This document shows, piece by piece, positions 9,892 to 18,934 of a stretch of DNA of 64,000 nt; within the stretch, counting starts at the first letter, position 1; each line of letters starts with the position of its first letter. The DNA is taken from the NCBI GenBank assembly GCA_029979505.1, contig JAPOHH010000002.1, forward strand, positions 118 to 64,117. The letters are read 5' to 3'. A program made the translations under genes and the position numbers. This stretch comes from a bacterium (lineage in GTDB: Bacteria; Pseudomonadota; Gammaproteobacteria; GCA-002705445; GCA-002716945). A model generated the notes under the pieces. It did not search any database. It was not told the DNA's origin and saw nothing but the letters and a program-made list of their open reading frames with translations.

Positions 9892-9976
9892 TCCTCTTTG
9901 AGATTGGATAGTAGAGGCTAGTTCTCCTATTAGTTTGACGTTAACACCAACCTAATTTAAAACTAGTCTCTTTTCT
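9887..9976 (+). ncRNA. Candidate 3'UTR-derived antisense sRNA / structured terminator
   Basis: Stem GAGGCTAGTT/AACTAGTCTC followed by TTTTCT; enclosed 9922-9949 is complementary to the porin 2 leader at 36863-36889. Confidence 0.55.
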
Positions 9977-10006
9977 CACTGTAAAGTTTTTCATTTATAT
10001 ATACCT

Positions 10007-10128
10007 GGGGCTATTTCCAAAGTAGCCCCTCCATGTTATCTTGGGCAAAAATTTTAGAAGCAAACTGTACTTGCATAATTGGCGCTAACAGTATTCTTCT
10101 AAAACTCATAATACTTAAACACAGGGAG
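10007..10128 (+). promoter_or_regulatory. Structured leader of unknown class
   Basis: GGGGCTA/TAGCCCC hairpin; TTTTAGAAG/CTTCTAAAA and ACTGT/ACAGT stems; anti-SD CCCCTCC. Confidence 0.4.
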
Positions 10129-10134
10129 AAACTA

Positions 10135-10503
10135 ATGAAAAAAATATTAATACTGTCTCTATTTTTTATTATTACAAATACCATACACGCAGGTCCATAT
10201 TTGATGTCTAAACATGAATTTAAAATGAAAGACACAGATTACAGCAGTACTATCAATCATATAAGATTTGGACATTCTTGGAAAACAGAAGGTGGCTTAA
10301 AGCTATATGGTGAGATTGGTGCAGCAGAATCTGTTAGTCATGGAAACGATATTCTTGATGGGGTAGCAGGCAAGTCATATGAGTTTGGATTTAGCAAAAA
10401 GATTACCGATACATTTTCATGGAAAGGTAAATGGGAAGGAATAGAGAATCATAATGCTAAAAATTCACACAAGATTGAAATTAAGACTAAATGGGAATTT
10501 TAG
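10135..10503 (+). CDS. Small secreted protein, probable small outer-membrane beta-barrel
   Basis: RBS GGGAGA before ATG 10135; signal peptide ending IHA-GPY; alternating residue pattern; terminal KTKWEF. Confidence 0.7.
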   Translation: MKKILILSLFFIITNTIHAGPYLMSKHEFKMKDTDYSSTINHIRFGHSWKTEGGLKLYGEIGAAESVSHGNDILDGVAGKSYEFGFSKKITDTFSWKGKWEGIENHNAKNSHKIEIKTKWEF

Positions 10504-10677
10504 TAAACCGAACACATGTCTGACTTATATGAGCAATAATAAGCTAGTTATTACTTCTTAAGATTTTTCATCTAAATCATATATATACAGACCTTATTTA
10601 CTAAAGTAGAGTCTTTTGTGTTATCTTTACCATAGGAATATGTAAAAAAATAATCAAAATCAAGAGAGGTCAGAATA

Positions 10678-12045
10678 ATGTCTGCAGAGAGCATTCACAA
10701 TGATAATACTGTCACTCTTGATCAACTTTCCGAAGTTCTTGATAGCGGTGCAGTTATCAAAGCAAAAAATTTACTTAACTCTTTATACCCATCTGAAATA
10801 GCTGATGTAATTGAAAGTTCACCTCGTAATAGAAGAGATCTCTTGTGGGCTCTTGTTACTGATGAAAATAAAGGTGAGACACTCGCTGAGCTTAACGATG
10901 AAGTTCGAGAAAATTTAATTGATGAACTTATAGATCGAGATGGAACTGAGGGCTTGGCTAAAATTGCACAGAAGCTTGATACTGATGATCTTGCAGATAT
11001 TATACAGTCTCTTCCAAAAGGCTTAACAAAAAAAGCTATTAAAAGCTTAACTAAACAAAATCAAGAAAGGCTAGAAAAAGTATTATCTTTTGAAGATGGT
11101 ACTGCTGGCGGTTTGATGAATACAGACACTATCACTATCCGAAGCAACGTTACTATAGACGTGTTATTAAAATACCTAAGAAGGATGAAAAGTCTTCCAG
11201 AGCAAACAGATAAAATATTTGTAACTGACAGAATAAACATGTATCACGGTTTTGTCTCTTTAAAAGATGTATTGGTAGCTGAGCCATCTAAGTATGTGTT
11301 TCAAATAATGGAGAAAGATGAGGACCCTATAGATCCAGATTTAGGTGAACACGAAGTGTCAAGAAGATTTGAGAACGCAGATTTAGTTTCTGCTGCAGTC
11401 GTTGATAGTCAAGGCTTCTTATTAGGTAGAATTACAGTCGATGATGTTGTTGATGTTATCAGAGAGGAGGTTGATGAAAGCGTTTTGAACATGGCAGGCC
11501 TCAAAAAAGACGACGATATATTTGCGCCAGTATTTCAAAGTACAAAAAGAAGAACATTGTGGCTTGGAGCAAACTTTCTTACTGCACTTTTAGCAGCAGC
11601 AGCAATAGGAATTTTTGAAGCAACGATTGAAAAGGTTGTAGCGTTAGCTATATTAATGCCTATCGTTGCAAGTATGGGCGGTATAGCAGGAAGTCAAAGT
11701 CTTGCATTAGTAATAAGAGCTCAAGCATTAGATCAAATTGGTACAACTAATTCCAAGTTATTAATTTATAAAGAATCTGCTATTGGTTTATTGAATGGAA
11801 TCATTTGGTCTGGAGTTGTAGCAGGTATCGTTTATTTATGGTTTGACAGTATTTTCCTTGGAGGTGTAATTGCTGCAGCATTGATGATTAATCTTATCGT
11901 TGGTGCAATTAGTGGTGTAAGTTTACCGCTCATTCTTGAAAAATTAGACATAGATCCAGCACTTGCTGGTGGTGTAATTTTAACAACAATAACTGATGTT
12001 GTTGGTTTTGTCTCACTCCTTGGAATTGCAACATTTCTGATGTGA
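10678..12045 (+). CDS. mgtE: Magnesium transporter
   Basis: TAGGLM, GRITVDDVVDVI CBS pair, DPALAG, TTITDVVG. Confidence 0.96.
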   Translation: MSAESIHNDNTVTLDQLSEVLDSGAVIKAKNLLNSLYPSEIADVIESSPRNRRDLLWALVTDENKGETLAELNDEVRENLIDELIDRDGTEGLAKIAQKLDTDDLADIIQSLPKGLTKKAIKSLTKQNQERLEKVLSFEDGTAGGLMNTDTITIRSNVTIDVLLKYLRRMKSLPEQTDKIFVTDRINMYHGFVSLKDVLVAEPSKYVFQIMEKDEDPIDPDLGEHEVSRRFENADLVSAAVVDSQGFLLGRITVDDVVDVIREEVDESVLNMAGLKKDDDIFAPVFQSTKRRTLWLGANFLTALLAAAAIGIFEATIEKVVALAILMPIVASMGGIAGSQSLALVIRAQALDQIGTTNSKLLIYKESAIGLLNGIIWSGVVAGIVYLWFDSIFLGGVIAAALMINLIVGAISGVSLPLILEKLDIDPALAGGVILTTITDVVGFVSLLGIATFLM

Positions 12046-12088
12046 TTATCAGTATATTTCAATAATCTTATATTCAAGTAAATTCAAC

Positions 12089-12119
12089 GTTTTCACAAGT
12101 TATCCACAACTAAATCACA
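12089..12119 (+). promoter_or_regulatory. DnaA box(es) upstream of nrdA
   Basis: Perfect TTATCCACA at 12100-12108, flanked at 11-bp spacing by degenerate GTTTTCACA and TAAATCACA. Confidence 0.7.
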
Positions 12120-12126
12120 AACTTAA

Positions 12127-12174
12127 ACACAATATATAGTGTTTTTAGTAATTTCATACCACAATATTTAGTGA
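12127..12174 (+). promoter_or_regulatory. Tandem NrdR boxes
   Basis: ACACAATATATAGTGT (12127-12142) and CCACAATATTTAGTGA (12159-12174), 32 bp apart, matching acaCwAtATaTwGtgt. Confidence 0.88.
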
Positions 12175-12213
12175 TATAATTGATAACATAACATCTCAAA
12201 CCAGAGAGAGAAA

Positions 12214-15066
12214 ATGTCGGAAAAAAGTGAAAAAATAAATATAGAATCGCCAATCAACGAACCAGTAATAAGTGATAACAAGCAAGTTGAGCCTGTACCA
12301 GGTCGCTACCGTGTTATGAGAAGAAACGGTAAAGTCACTGCTTATGATTCTCATAAAATTATTGTTGCAATGACTAAAGCATTTTTAAGTGTTGAAGGAA
12401 GCAGTGCAGCTGCATCATCTAGAATTCATACAGAAGTAGAGAATCTAACAGATAAAGTAGACGATACAATTAAAAGGAGATTTCCAAATGGCGGTGTAAT
12501 TCACATTGAGGATATTCAAGATCAAGTTGAATTAGCAATAATGAGAGCAGGTTATCAAGACGTTGCTAGAGCATATGTTATCTATCGAGAGGACAGATCT
12601 AAAGCAAGAAAACTAGGAGTCGAGCAAATTGAAGATATGCCAATATCTAAAAACATGCAGCTCGATGATGGATCCATTGTTCCAATAGATTATAAAAAAT
12701 TAAAAAAAACAATTACAGAAAGTTGTTTAAATATAGAGGACGTTTCTGTAGATTTAATATTTGATACCATAGATAAAAATATTTACGACGGAATTAAGAA
12801 GTCTGATTTATCCGATTCCATTTTAATATCTGTCAGACCACTAATTGAAAAAGATCCTAATTACTCATACGTGCTTGCAAGACTTTTATCAAATAGTATG
12901 GCAGATGAAGCATACACATTTCTTGGTTTAAGTTCTGAAGACTTAAGCATAAGTTCGATGGAAAAAACCTATCCTGATTATTTCAATAGTTATATAAAAA
13001 AAGGAGTTGAACTAAAACATTTAGATTCAGAACTATTAAATTATGATTTGGAATTACTTGCAAAAAACATTGATCTTTCAAGAGACATGCAATTCACATA
13101 TTTAGGTTTACAAACTTTATATGATAGATACTTTATTCATCACAACGAAGTAAGGTTTGAATTGCCACAGGCGTTCTTTATGAGAGTGGCAATGGGGCTT
13201 GCAATAAATGAAGAAGATAGGGAATCTAAATCGATTGAGTTTTATAAATTACTATCTTCATTTGATTTTATGTCTAGCACACCAACATTATTTAATTCAG
13301 CTACTTTGAAGCCACAATTATCTTCTTGTTATCTGTCAACCTTACCTGATGATTTGCGTGGAATATTTGAAGGTATAAGTGACGATGCAATGCTGTCTAA
13401 GTTTGCCGGAGGCCTAGGCAATGATTGGTCGCAGGTAAGAGCTTTAGGTTCATACATCAAAGGAACAAACGGAAAAAGTCAGGGAGTTATCCCTTTTCTC
13501 AAAGTTGCCAATGATACTGCAGTAGCAGTTAATCAAGGCGGTAAGAGGAAAGGCGCTATGTGCGCATATCTTGAAACTTGGCATTTAGATATTGAACAGT
13601 TTCTTGAACTGAGAAAAAACACAGGCGATGAGAGACGAAGAACTCATGATATGAACACTGCCAACTGGATACCTGACTTATTTATGAAAAGGGTACATGC
13701 TAATGAAGAATGGACACTTTTCTCTCCTTCAGATACACCTGATCTGCATGATTTATATGGATTGGAGTTTGAGGAAAAATATACAGAATATGAAGAACTT
13801 GCTAAGTCTGGTGGTATTAAAAACTTTAAAACAGTTAATGCTGTAGATATATGGCGAAAAATACTCAGCATGTTGTTCGAAACTGGCCATCCATGGATTA
13901 CTTTCAAAGATCCTTGTAATATTAGGTCGCCTCAACAACACAAAGGTGTTGTTCATTCATCAAACCTATGTACTGAAATCACCCTTAACACATCTAAAGA
14001 TGAAATTGCTGTATGTAATCTTGGCTCTGTTAATCTTGCAGCACACATAACAGATGCAGGTAAAATAGATACTAAAAAACTTAAAAAAACAATAATGACT
14101 GCAATGAGAATGCTGGATAACGTAATTGAGTATAATTATTATAGTGTAGACAAAGCAAAAAATTCTAATCTTAAACACCGCCCTGTAGGGCTAGGTATTA
14201 TGGGTTTCCAAGATGCCCTTTATAAAATTAGAGTACCATATGAATCTGAAGAAGCTGTTGAGTTTGCTGATAAAAGTATGGAATACGTCAGTTACTTTGC
14301 AATAGAAGCATCTATGGAGCTTGCAAAAGAAAGAGGTGCATATGAAACATTCGATGGTTCATTATGGAGTCAAGGTATCCTCCCAATAGATAGTTTGAAA
14401 AACTTAAAAGAGATACGTGGCAAATACTTAGATGTTAATCTCAATGAGACTCTTAAGTGGGATGACCTAAGAGAAAAAATAATAAAAAATGGTATACGTA
14501 ATTCCAATACCCTTGCGATAGCACCAACCGCAACAATATCAAATATTTGCGGTGTATCACAATCAATAGAACCCACATATCAGAATCTTTATGTTAAATC
14601 TAATTTATCTGGAGAATTCACAGTTATAAACCCATATTTAATTCGAGATCTTAAAGAAAGAGATTTATGGGATGAAGTCATGATAAAAGATTTGAAATAT
14701 TTTGATGGGCAATTACAACCTATTAATCGTGTCCCAGATGATTTGAAATCTATCTACTCGACATGTTTTGAAATAGATACTCGTTGGTTGGTTGAAGCTG
14801 CTGCAAGAAGGCAGAAATGGATAGATCAATCGCAGTCATTGAATTTATATATACCTGATTCAGATGGTAAAAAACTTGATAGTGCATATAAGTTAGCATG
14901 GATAAGAGGTTTAAAAACTACATATTATTTGCGCTCATTAGGCGCAACACATGTTGAGAAAAGTACATCTGACAATACTGGATCTAATTTAAATGCTGTT
15001 CAATCACAGTCAGGTGAGGTTAAGCAATGTTTAATTGATGATCCAGAATGCGAGGCTTGTCAATAA
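12214..15066 (+). CDS. nrdA: Ribonucleoside-diphosphate reductase class Ia alpha subunit with ATP-cones
   Basis: VMRRNG ATP-cone, TPTLFNS, SSNLCTEI, KTTYYLR, C-terminal CEACQ. Confidence 0.97.
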   Translation: MSEKSEKINIESPINEPVISDNKQVEPVPGRYRVMRRNGKVTAYDSHKIIVAMTKAFLSVEGSSAAASSRIHTEVENLTDKVDDTIKRRFPNGGVIHIEDIQDQVELAIMRAGYQDVARAYVIYREDRSKARKLGVEQIEDMPISKNMQLDDGSIVPIDYKKLKKTITESCLNIEDVSVDLIFDTIDKNIYDGIKKSDLSDSILISVRPLIEKDPNYSYVLARLLSNSMADEAYTFLGLSSEDLSISSMEKTYPDYFNSYIKKGVELKHLDSELLNYDLELLAKNIDLSRDMQFTYLGLQTLYDRYFIHHNEVRFELPQAFFMRVAMGLAINEEDRESKSIEFYKLLSSFDFMSSTPTLFNSATLKPQLSSCYLSTLPDDLRGIFEGISDDAMLSKFAGGLGNDWSQVRALGSYIKGTNGKSQGVIPFLKVANDTAVAVNQGGKRKGAMCAYLETWHLDIEQFLELRKNTGDERRRTHDMNTANWIPDLFMKRVHANEEWTLFSPSDTPDLHDLYGLEFEEKYTEYEELAKSGGIKNFKTVNAVDIWRKILSMLFETGHPWITFKDPCNIRSPQQHKGVVHSSNLCTEITLNTSKDEIAVCNLGSVNLAAHITDAGKIDTKKLKKTIMTAMRMLDNVIEYNYYSVDKAKNSNLKHRPVGLGIMGFQDALYKIRVPYESEEAVEFADKSMEYVSYFAIEASMELAKERGAYETFDGSLWSQGILPIDSLKNLKEIRGKYLDVNLNETLKWDDLREKIIKNGIRNSNTLAIAPTATISNICGVSQSIEPTYQNLYVKSNLSGEFTVINPYLIRDLKERDLWDEVMIKDLKYFDGQLQPINRVPDDLKSIYSTCFEIDTRWLVEAAARRQKWIDQSQSLNLYIPDSDGKKLDSAYKLAWIRGLKTTYYLRSLGATHVEKSTSDNTGSNLNAVQSQSGEVKQCLIDDPECEACQ

Positions 15067-15215
15067 TGAGTTTATATATACCTGATTTCATAATCTATAC
15101 CATTGCAGTTATAGCAATGCTATTTGTGATTATAAAACTAAACAAACTTGAAAAAGAAAGATTATCAGTATTAAAAAATTCTGATACAAAATTTGAAGGA
15201 GAAAATAATGTATAA
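15066..15215 (+). CDS. Unannotated 49-aa single-TM microprotein
   Basis: [52 protein letters not shown] overlaps nrdA stop (TAATG), stop overlaps nrdB start. Confidence 0.6.
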   Translation: MSLYIPDFIIYTIAVIAMLFVIIKLNKLEKERLSVLKNSDTKFEGENNV

Positions 15216-16404
15216 CTGGGATGACCCTATTAATGATGCACTTAGCAAGCCTGATATAGTGCCAGAAAAAAAAGTAACGCCTAAAGCAATCGAAGACACT
15301 TCACAACTATCAGCTGATGTTGAAAGCTTCCCTGCTACACAAGATAGTGGAGTCGGTTCAACAGGAATGGAAGATATCGAACAAGGTGCAGCAAGAATTC
15401 AGGTTGACGATAAAGCTATTATCAATTGTAGAGCAGATTTAAACCAACTAGTACCATTTAAATATGAATGGGCATGGCAAAAATATCTTGATGGCTCTGC
15501 TAATCATTGGATGCCTGAGGAAATTCCAATGCACGATGATATCAAATGTTGGAATGACCCAAATGCGCTAAGACCCGAAGAAAGGGAAATGGTTGAGAGA
15601 AACCTAGGATTTTTTTCGACAGCTGATTCTCTTGTAGCTAATAATCTAGTTTTAGCTGTATATAAACATATAACTAATCCAGAATGTAGGCAGTATTTAT
15701 TACGTCAAGCATTTGAAGAAGCAATCCATACACATGCCTATCAGTACTGTGTTCAATCTCTAGGTTTAGATGAAGCAAGAATATTCAATATGTACAGAGA
15801 GTTGCCAGCAGTGGCAACAAAAGCTGAATGGGCGCTTCCTTTTACACAAAGCCTTGGAGATCCTACATTTAAAACAGGTACTCATGATGATGATCAGAGA
15901 CTTCTCAGAGACTTGATAGCATTCTATGTTGTATTTGAAGGAATATTCTTCTACGTTGGATTCACTCAGATTTTATCTCTAGGCAGAAGAAATCTATTGA
16001 CCGGAGTTTCACAACAGTTTCAATACATATTAAGAGACGAATCTATGCATATGAATTTTGGTATGGATGTCATAAATCAAATCAAAAATGAAAATCCTAA
16101 TTTATGGACAGAATCTTTTCAGCAAGACATGATTGATCTTATCAAAACAGGTGTTGATTTAGAGATACAATATGGACGAGATACTATGCCTAAACCAATG
16201 TTAGGTATGGATGCAAATCAATTTGAAGAATATATAAAATTCATCGCTAATAGAAGATTTCAACGTATTGGGTTACCACACCAATATCCTGGAGCAACCA
16301 ATCCTTTTGAATGGATGTCAGAAATGATGGACTTAAATAAAGAAAAGAATTTCTTTGAGACACGTGTTACTGAATACAAAACAGGTGGACAACTCAAGTT
16401 CTAA
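15208..16404 (+). CDS. nrdB: Ribonucleotide reductase class Ia beta subunit
   Basis: [18 protein letters not shown] (radical Tyr), [24 protein letters not shown] before ATG 15208. Confidence 0.96.
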   Translation: MYNWDDPINDALSKPDIVPEKKVTPKAIEDTSQLSADVESFPATQDSGVGSTGMEDIEQGAARIQVDDKAIINCRADLNQLVPFKYEWAWQKYLDGSANHWMPEEIPMHDDIKCWNDPNALRPEEREMVERNLGFFSTADSLVANNLVLAVYKHITNPECRQYLLRQAFEEAIHTHAYQYCVQSLGLDEARIFNMYRELPAVATKAEWALPFTQSLGDPTFKTGTHDDDQRLLRDLIAFYVVFEGIFFYVGFTQILSLGRRNLLTGVSQQFQYILRDESMHMNFGMDVINQIKNENPNLWTESFQQDMIDLIKTGVDLEIQYGRDTMPKPMLGMDANQFEEYIKFIANRRFQRIGLPHQYPGATNPFEWMSEMMDLNKEKNFFETRVTEYKTGGQLKF

Positions 16405-16420
16405 TTTTCTTTTATCTGAA

Positions 16421-16918
16421 CTAAGCTTTTACTAGCCGTTTTTTATTGACGGCTAGTAACATGTGATAAACACATATAAACAATACAGTTGAAAGCATCA
16501 GATTCCATCCTAAAGGAACAGCATCATTGTAGCTCATAAGTAGGGTTGAGATTGTGTAAGAGTCACTAAAGAAAACAAAATGGCCTAAGTTACTAACTGA
16601 AAAAAAGATGCCATTGACATATATTGAGGAAACTAAGCTGTTAAATAGGCTAATTTCTTTTTTATGATTGTATAAAAATAAAACAACAACAAAATATGAG
16701 AGATATACAAATATATTTGATATATGAGCTCCATATATTAAATCGGATAGAGCTTGTGAAATAAAAATCATAAATAACAAATGATATTTATCTTTTAATA
16801 AATAAACTGAAAATATAATAGTTGCGATAAAAGGCGATATATTTGTAAAACTAGAAGATAACTTACTTGCTAGGAGTATCACTAATACCGATAAACTTGT
16901 ATATGATATTTTTTTCAT
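16421..16918 (-). CDS. Membrane protein, DUF6580-like putative vitamin (B12) transport component
   Basis: About 5 TM segments, NISP / LSDL / FFxVSN motifs; downstream of btuB. Confidence 0.55.
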   Translation of the reverse strand: MKKISYTSLSVLVILLASKLSSSFTNISPFIATIIFSVYLLKDKYHLLFMIFISQALSDLIYGAHISNIFVYLSYFVVVLFLYNHKKEISLFNSLVSSIYVNGIFFSVSNLGHFVFFSDSYTISTLLMSYNDAVPLGWNLMLSTVLFICVYHMLLAVNKKRLVKA

Positions 16919-16935
16919 TATCTAGTTATATAATA

Positions 16936-18699
16936 TCAATAATTAAGTGAATAGGTAGCAAAGAACGACCTATCAAGAGTATTAAAATTGTGAGAAGTTC
17001 TATATGGTCTATCAAAAATATTATTCATACTAAAATTGATAGAGCTATGATTAAAGTTATATCTATAGTTAAAATTAGCAATATAATATGATCCCAAATT
17101 AATATCACTGTATGGTGAAGCTTTTTTCTTTCCTTCTGCCAAAATATTTACCCGCAAGGTACTACTTGGGTTAATAGTATATATTAGATCTGCATTAAGC
17201 TTATGTTTACTTCGATTTGTAAGTGGCTGATTGTTTTTAGTATCTTCCGGAACCATGTACGTGTAACCAATATCATATTCAATTAGATTTAGTATTGTTT
17301 GAAATCTAAGTTCTAATCCAGTTACCTCAGAATCTGATATGTATACTTGGGAAAGGCTATCTGCTTCAATTAAGTTTTTAATTGTTGTTTTGAATGCAGT
17401 GCCACGAATAAAAGCATTCTCATTAACATATCTCTTTACACCAAATTCATATGAAAAAGATTCTTCAGGTTCAAGTGTAGGAATACCACTCCACTCTGAA
17501 TATAGATCTGTTGCATCTGCGGGCCTTAAAGACTTTGAGATATTAAAAGAATATACATCATTAGCAGACAGAATAGACAGCCCAAAATTTCCAGTTGTAA
17601 AATGTCCAAATTGAGAATGATCAATATGCCTTGCTCCATAATTAATCAGATAGGATGGGCGTGACAATTCACTTTGATAATAATATTCTTTGTTATTTGT
17701 TTGAACCGTGAAACGGCTGCCATAAGAAAGTTCACTCATATGTTCTTTCGTATAAATTACTCCAGCCTTTTGTATTACGTTACCCCCTACACTTGTATAA
17801 GAGAAGTCATATATATCTCTGAGAGTATCTGTAAAATCAGTAGCTCCAGTTGCAGTTTGAATGATTCTATTTTGAGAACCTTTATAAACTATTTCCAAAA
17901 TATCGTTATTTACAAACTTTTTAATCCCTAAAGTATAGAAGTAATCATCATGATTTTGATTAAGTACAACTGAGCTGTTGTAGTTATCATACTGAGTATT
18001 TCCTCTAGAATTATATAATCTTGATGTGATCTCATAATCACTTAATTCCTTGCTTAACCCTATAGCTATATTTTCTGTATTATAAGAGTGTCTTCTTGAA
18101 GACGTGATTTTAGCAGGTATTGATTTTGACTCAGTACTATTAGCATTAATGTTTATTTTTAGTCCATTTCTATTATAACTATCTGTGAATGATACTGTAT
18201 TAGTTGACCATGACCCTGATGAAATTGAAATAGAATTTGAATTATCTTTTGTTGAAATATTAATGATTCCGCCAATAGTATTTGCTCCGTGGAGAGCCGA
18301 CGAGGAACCTTTTATAATCTCTACTTTATCGATGGAATTGATTGAAATATTTTGGATTGGTGCAAGGCCAAGTGTACCCGGATTAAGTTCAACACCATCT
18401 AATATGATTTTTGTATGATTACTCTCAGTACCTCTAGTGAAAACAGAAGTCAGTTGTCCAAGTCCACCTGTGCTGCTTATATTTATAGAACTAATAGACC
18501 CTAATAATTCTTGCAGGCTTGTAAAACCCCTTTCTTCAATATCTACAGCAGTGAAAACTTCCATAGATGCAGGAGATGAATGAAGGTCTATTGGTGAGAT
18601 AGAATTACTCACTACAATTGGATTTAAGGTTTCACTCGCATTCGAAAACGAAAAATATGTAAGTAATATATTTAATAATAAAATTTTTTTAAAGTTCAT
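16936..18699 (-). CDS. btuB: TonB-dependent cobalamin receptor
   Basis: TonB box ETLNPIVVS, RGTESNHT plug, VEIIKGSSSALHG; cobalamin riboswitch upstream. Confidence 0.85.
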   Translation of the reverse strand: MNFKKILLLNILLTYFSFSNASETLNPIVVSNSISPIDLHSSPASMEVFTAVDIEERGFTSLQELLGSISSINISSTGGLGQLTSVFTRGTESNHTKIILDGVELNPGTLGLAPIQNISINSIDKVEIIKGSSSALHGANTIGGIINISTKDNSNSISISSGSWSTNTVSFTDSYNRNGLKININANSTESKSIPAKITSSRRHSYNTENIAIGLSKELSDYEITSRLYNSRGNTQYDNYNSSVVLNQNHDDYFYTLGIKKFVNNDILEIVYKGSQNRIIQTATGATDFTDTLRDIYDFSYTSVGGNVIQKAGVIYTKEHMSELSYGSRFTVQTNNKEYYYQSELSRPSYLINYGARHIDHSQFGHFTTGNFGLSILSANDVYSFNISKSLRPADATDLYSEWSGIPTLEPEESFSYEFGVKRYVNENAFIRGTAFKTTIKNLIEADSLSQVYISDSEVTGLELRFQTILNLIEYDIGYTYMVPEDTKNNQPLTNRSKHKLNADLIYTINPSSTLRVNILAEGKKKASPYSDINLGSYYIANFNYRYNFNHSSINFSMNNIFDRPYRTSHNFNTLDRSFFATYSLNY

Positions 18700-18934
18700 A
18701 GCATTCCTACTAATAAGTTAATTAATTTAAAATATTTTCTGAAGCTACTATGTATATGCAAACGTATGTTAAGATTTTCTGAAATTTATATGTAGCAATG
18801 CATATAGATATTTTGAAACGTCGTTTACGAAAGTTATTAATTATTACACACGGCAACAACAGTCATGCATGACACAACAGTAATCTTCAAAAAGTAATGG
18901 TTTATATTTTTTATATTATTAAGATAATTTTCAT

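Noticed and set aside
9892..9900. TCCTCTTTG complementary to porin 1's own RBS (8776-8784)
   Set aside because: Only 9 nt and also explained by a local hairpin at 9887-9909; not supportable alone
10060..10100. SAM-II/SAM-V or c-di-GMP riboswitch assignment
   Set aside because: Only scattered words match; core consensus and pseudoknot not found
10504..10677. Mg2+ riboswitch or leader peptide upstream of mgtE
   Set aside because: No M-box consensus; only tiny ORFs and one short possible pairing (TCTGACTT/AGGTCAGA)
12100..12108. Replication origin
   Set aside because: Only one perfect DnaA box, located in the nrdA promoter; no dnaA/gidA context
15208..16404. Class Ic (Mn/Fe) RNR beta subunit
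   Set aside because: Keeps the Asp ligand (TADS) and radical Tyr (HTHAY), so class Ia
18730..18820. CRISPR-like or tandem repeat (ATTTTCTGAA units)
   Set aside because: Two short copies plus one degenerate copy; no array or cas genes
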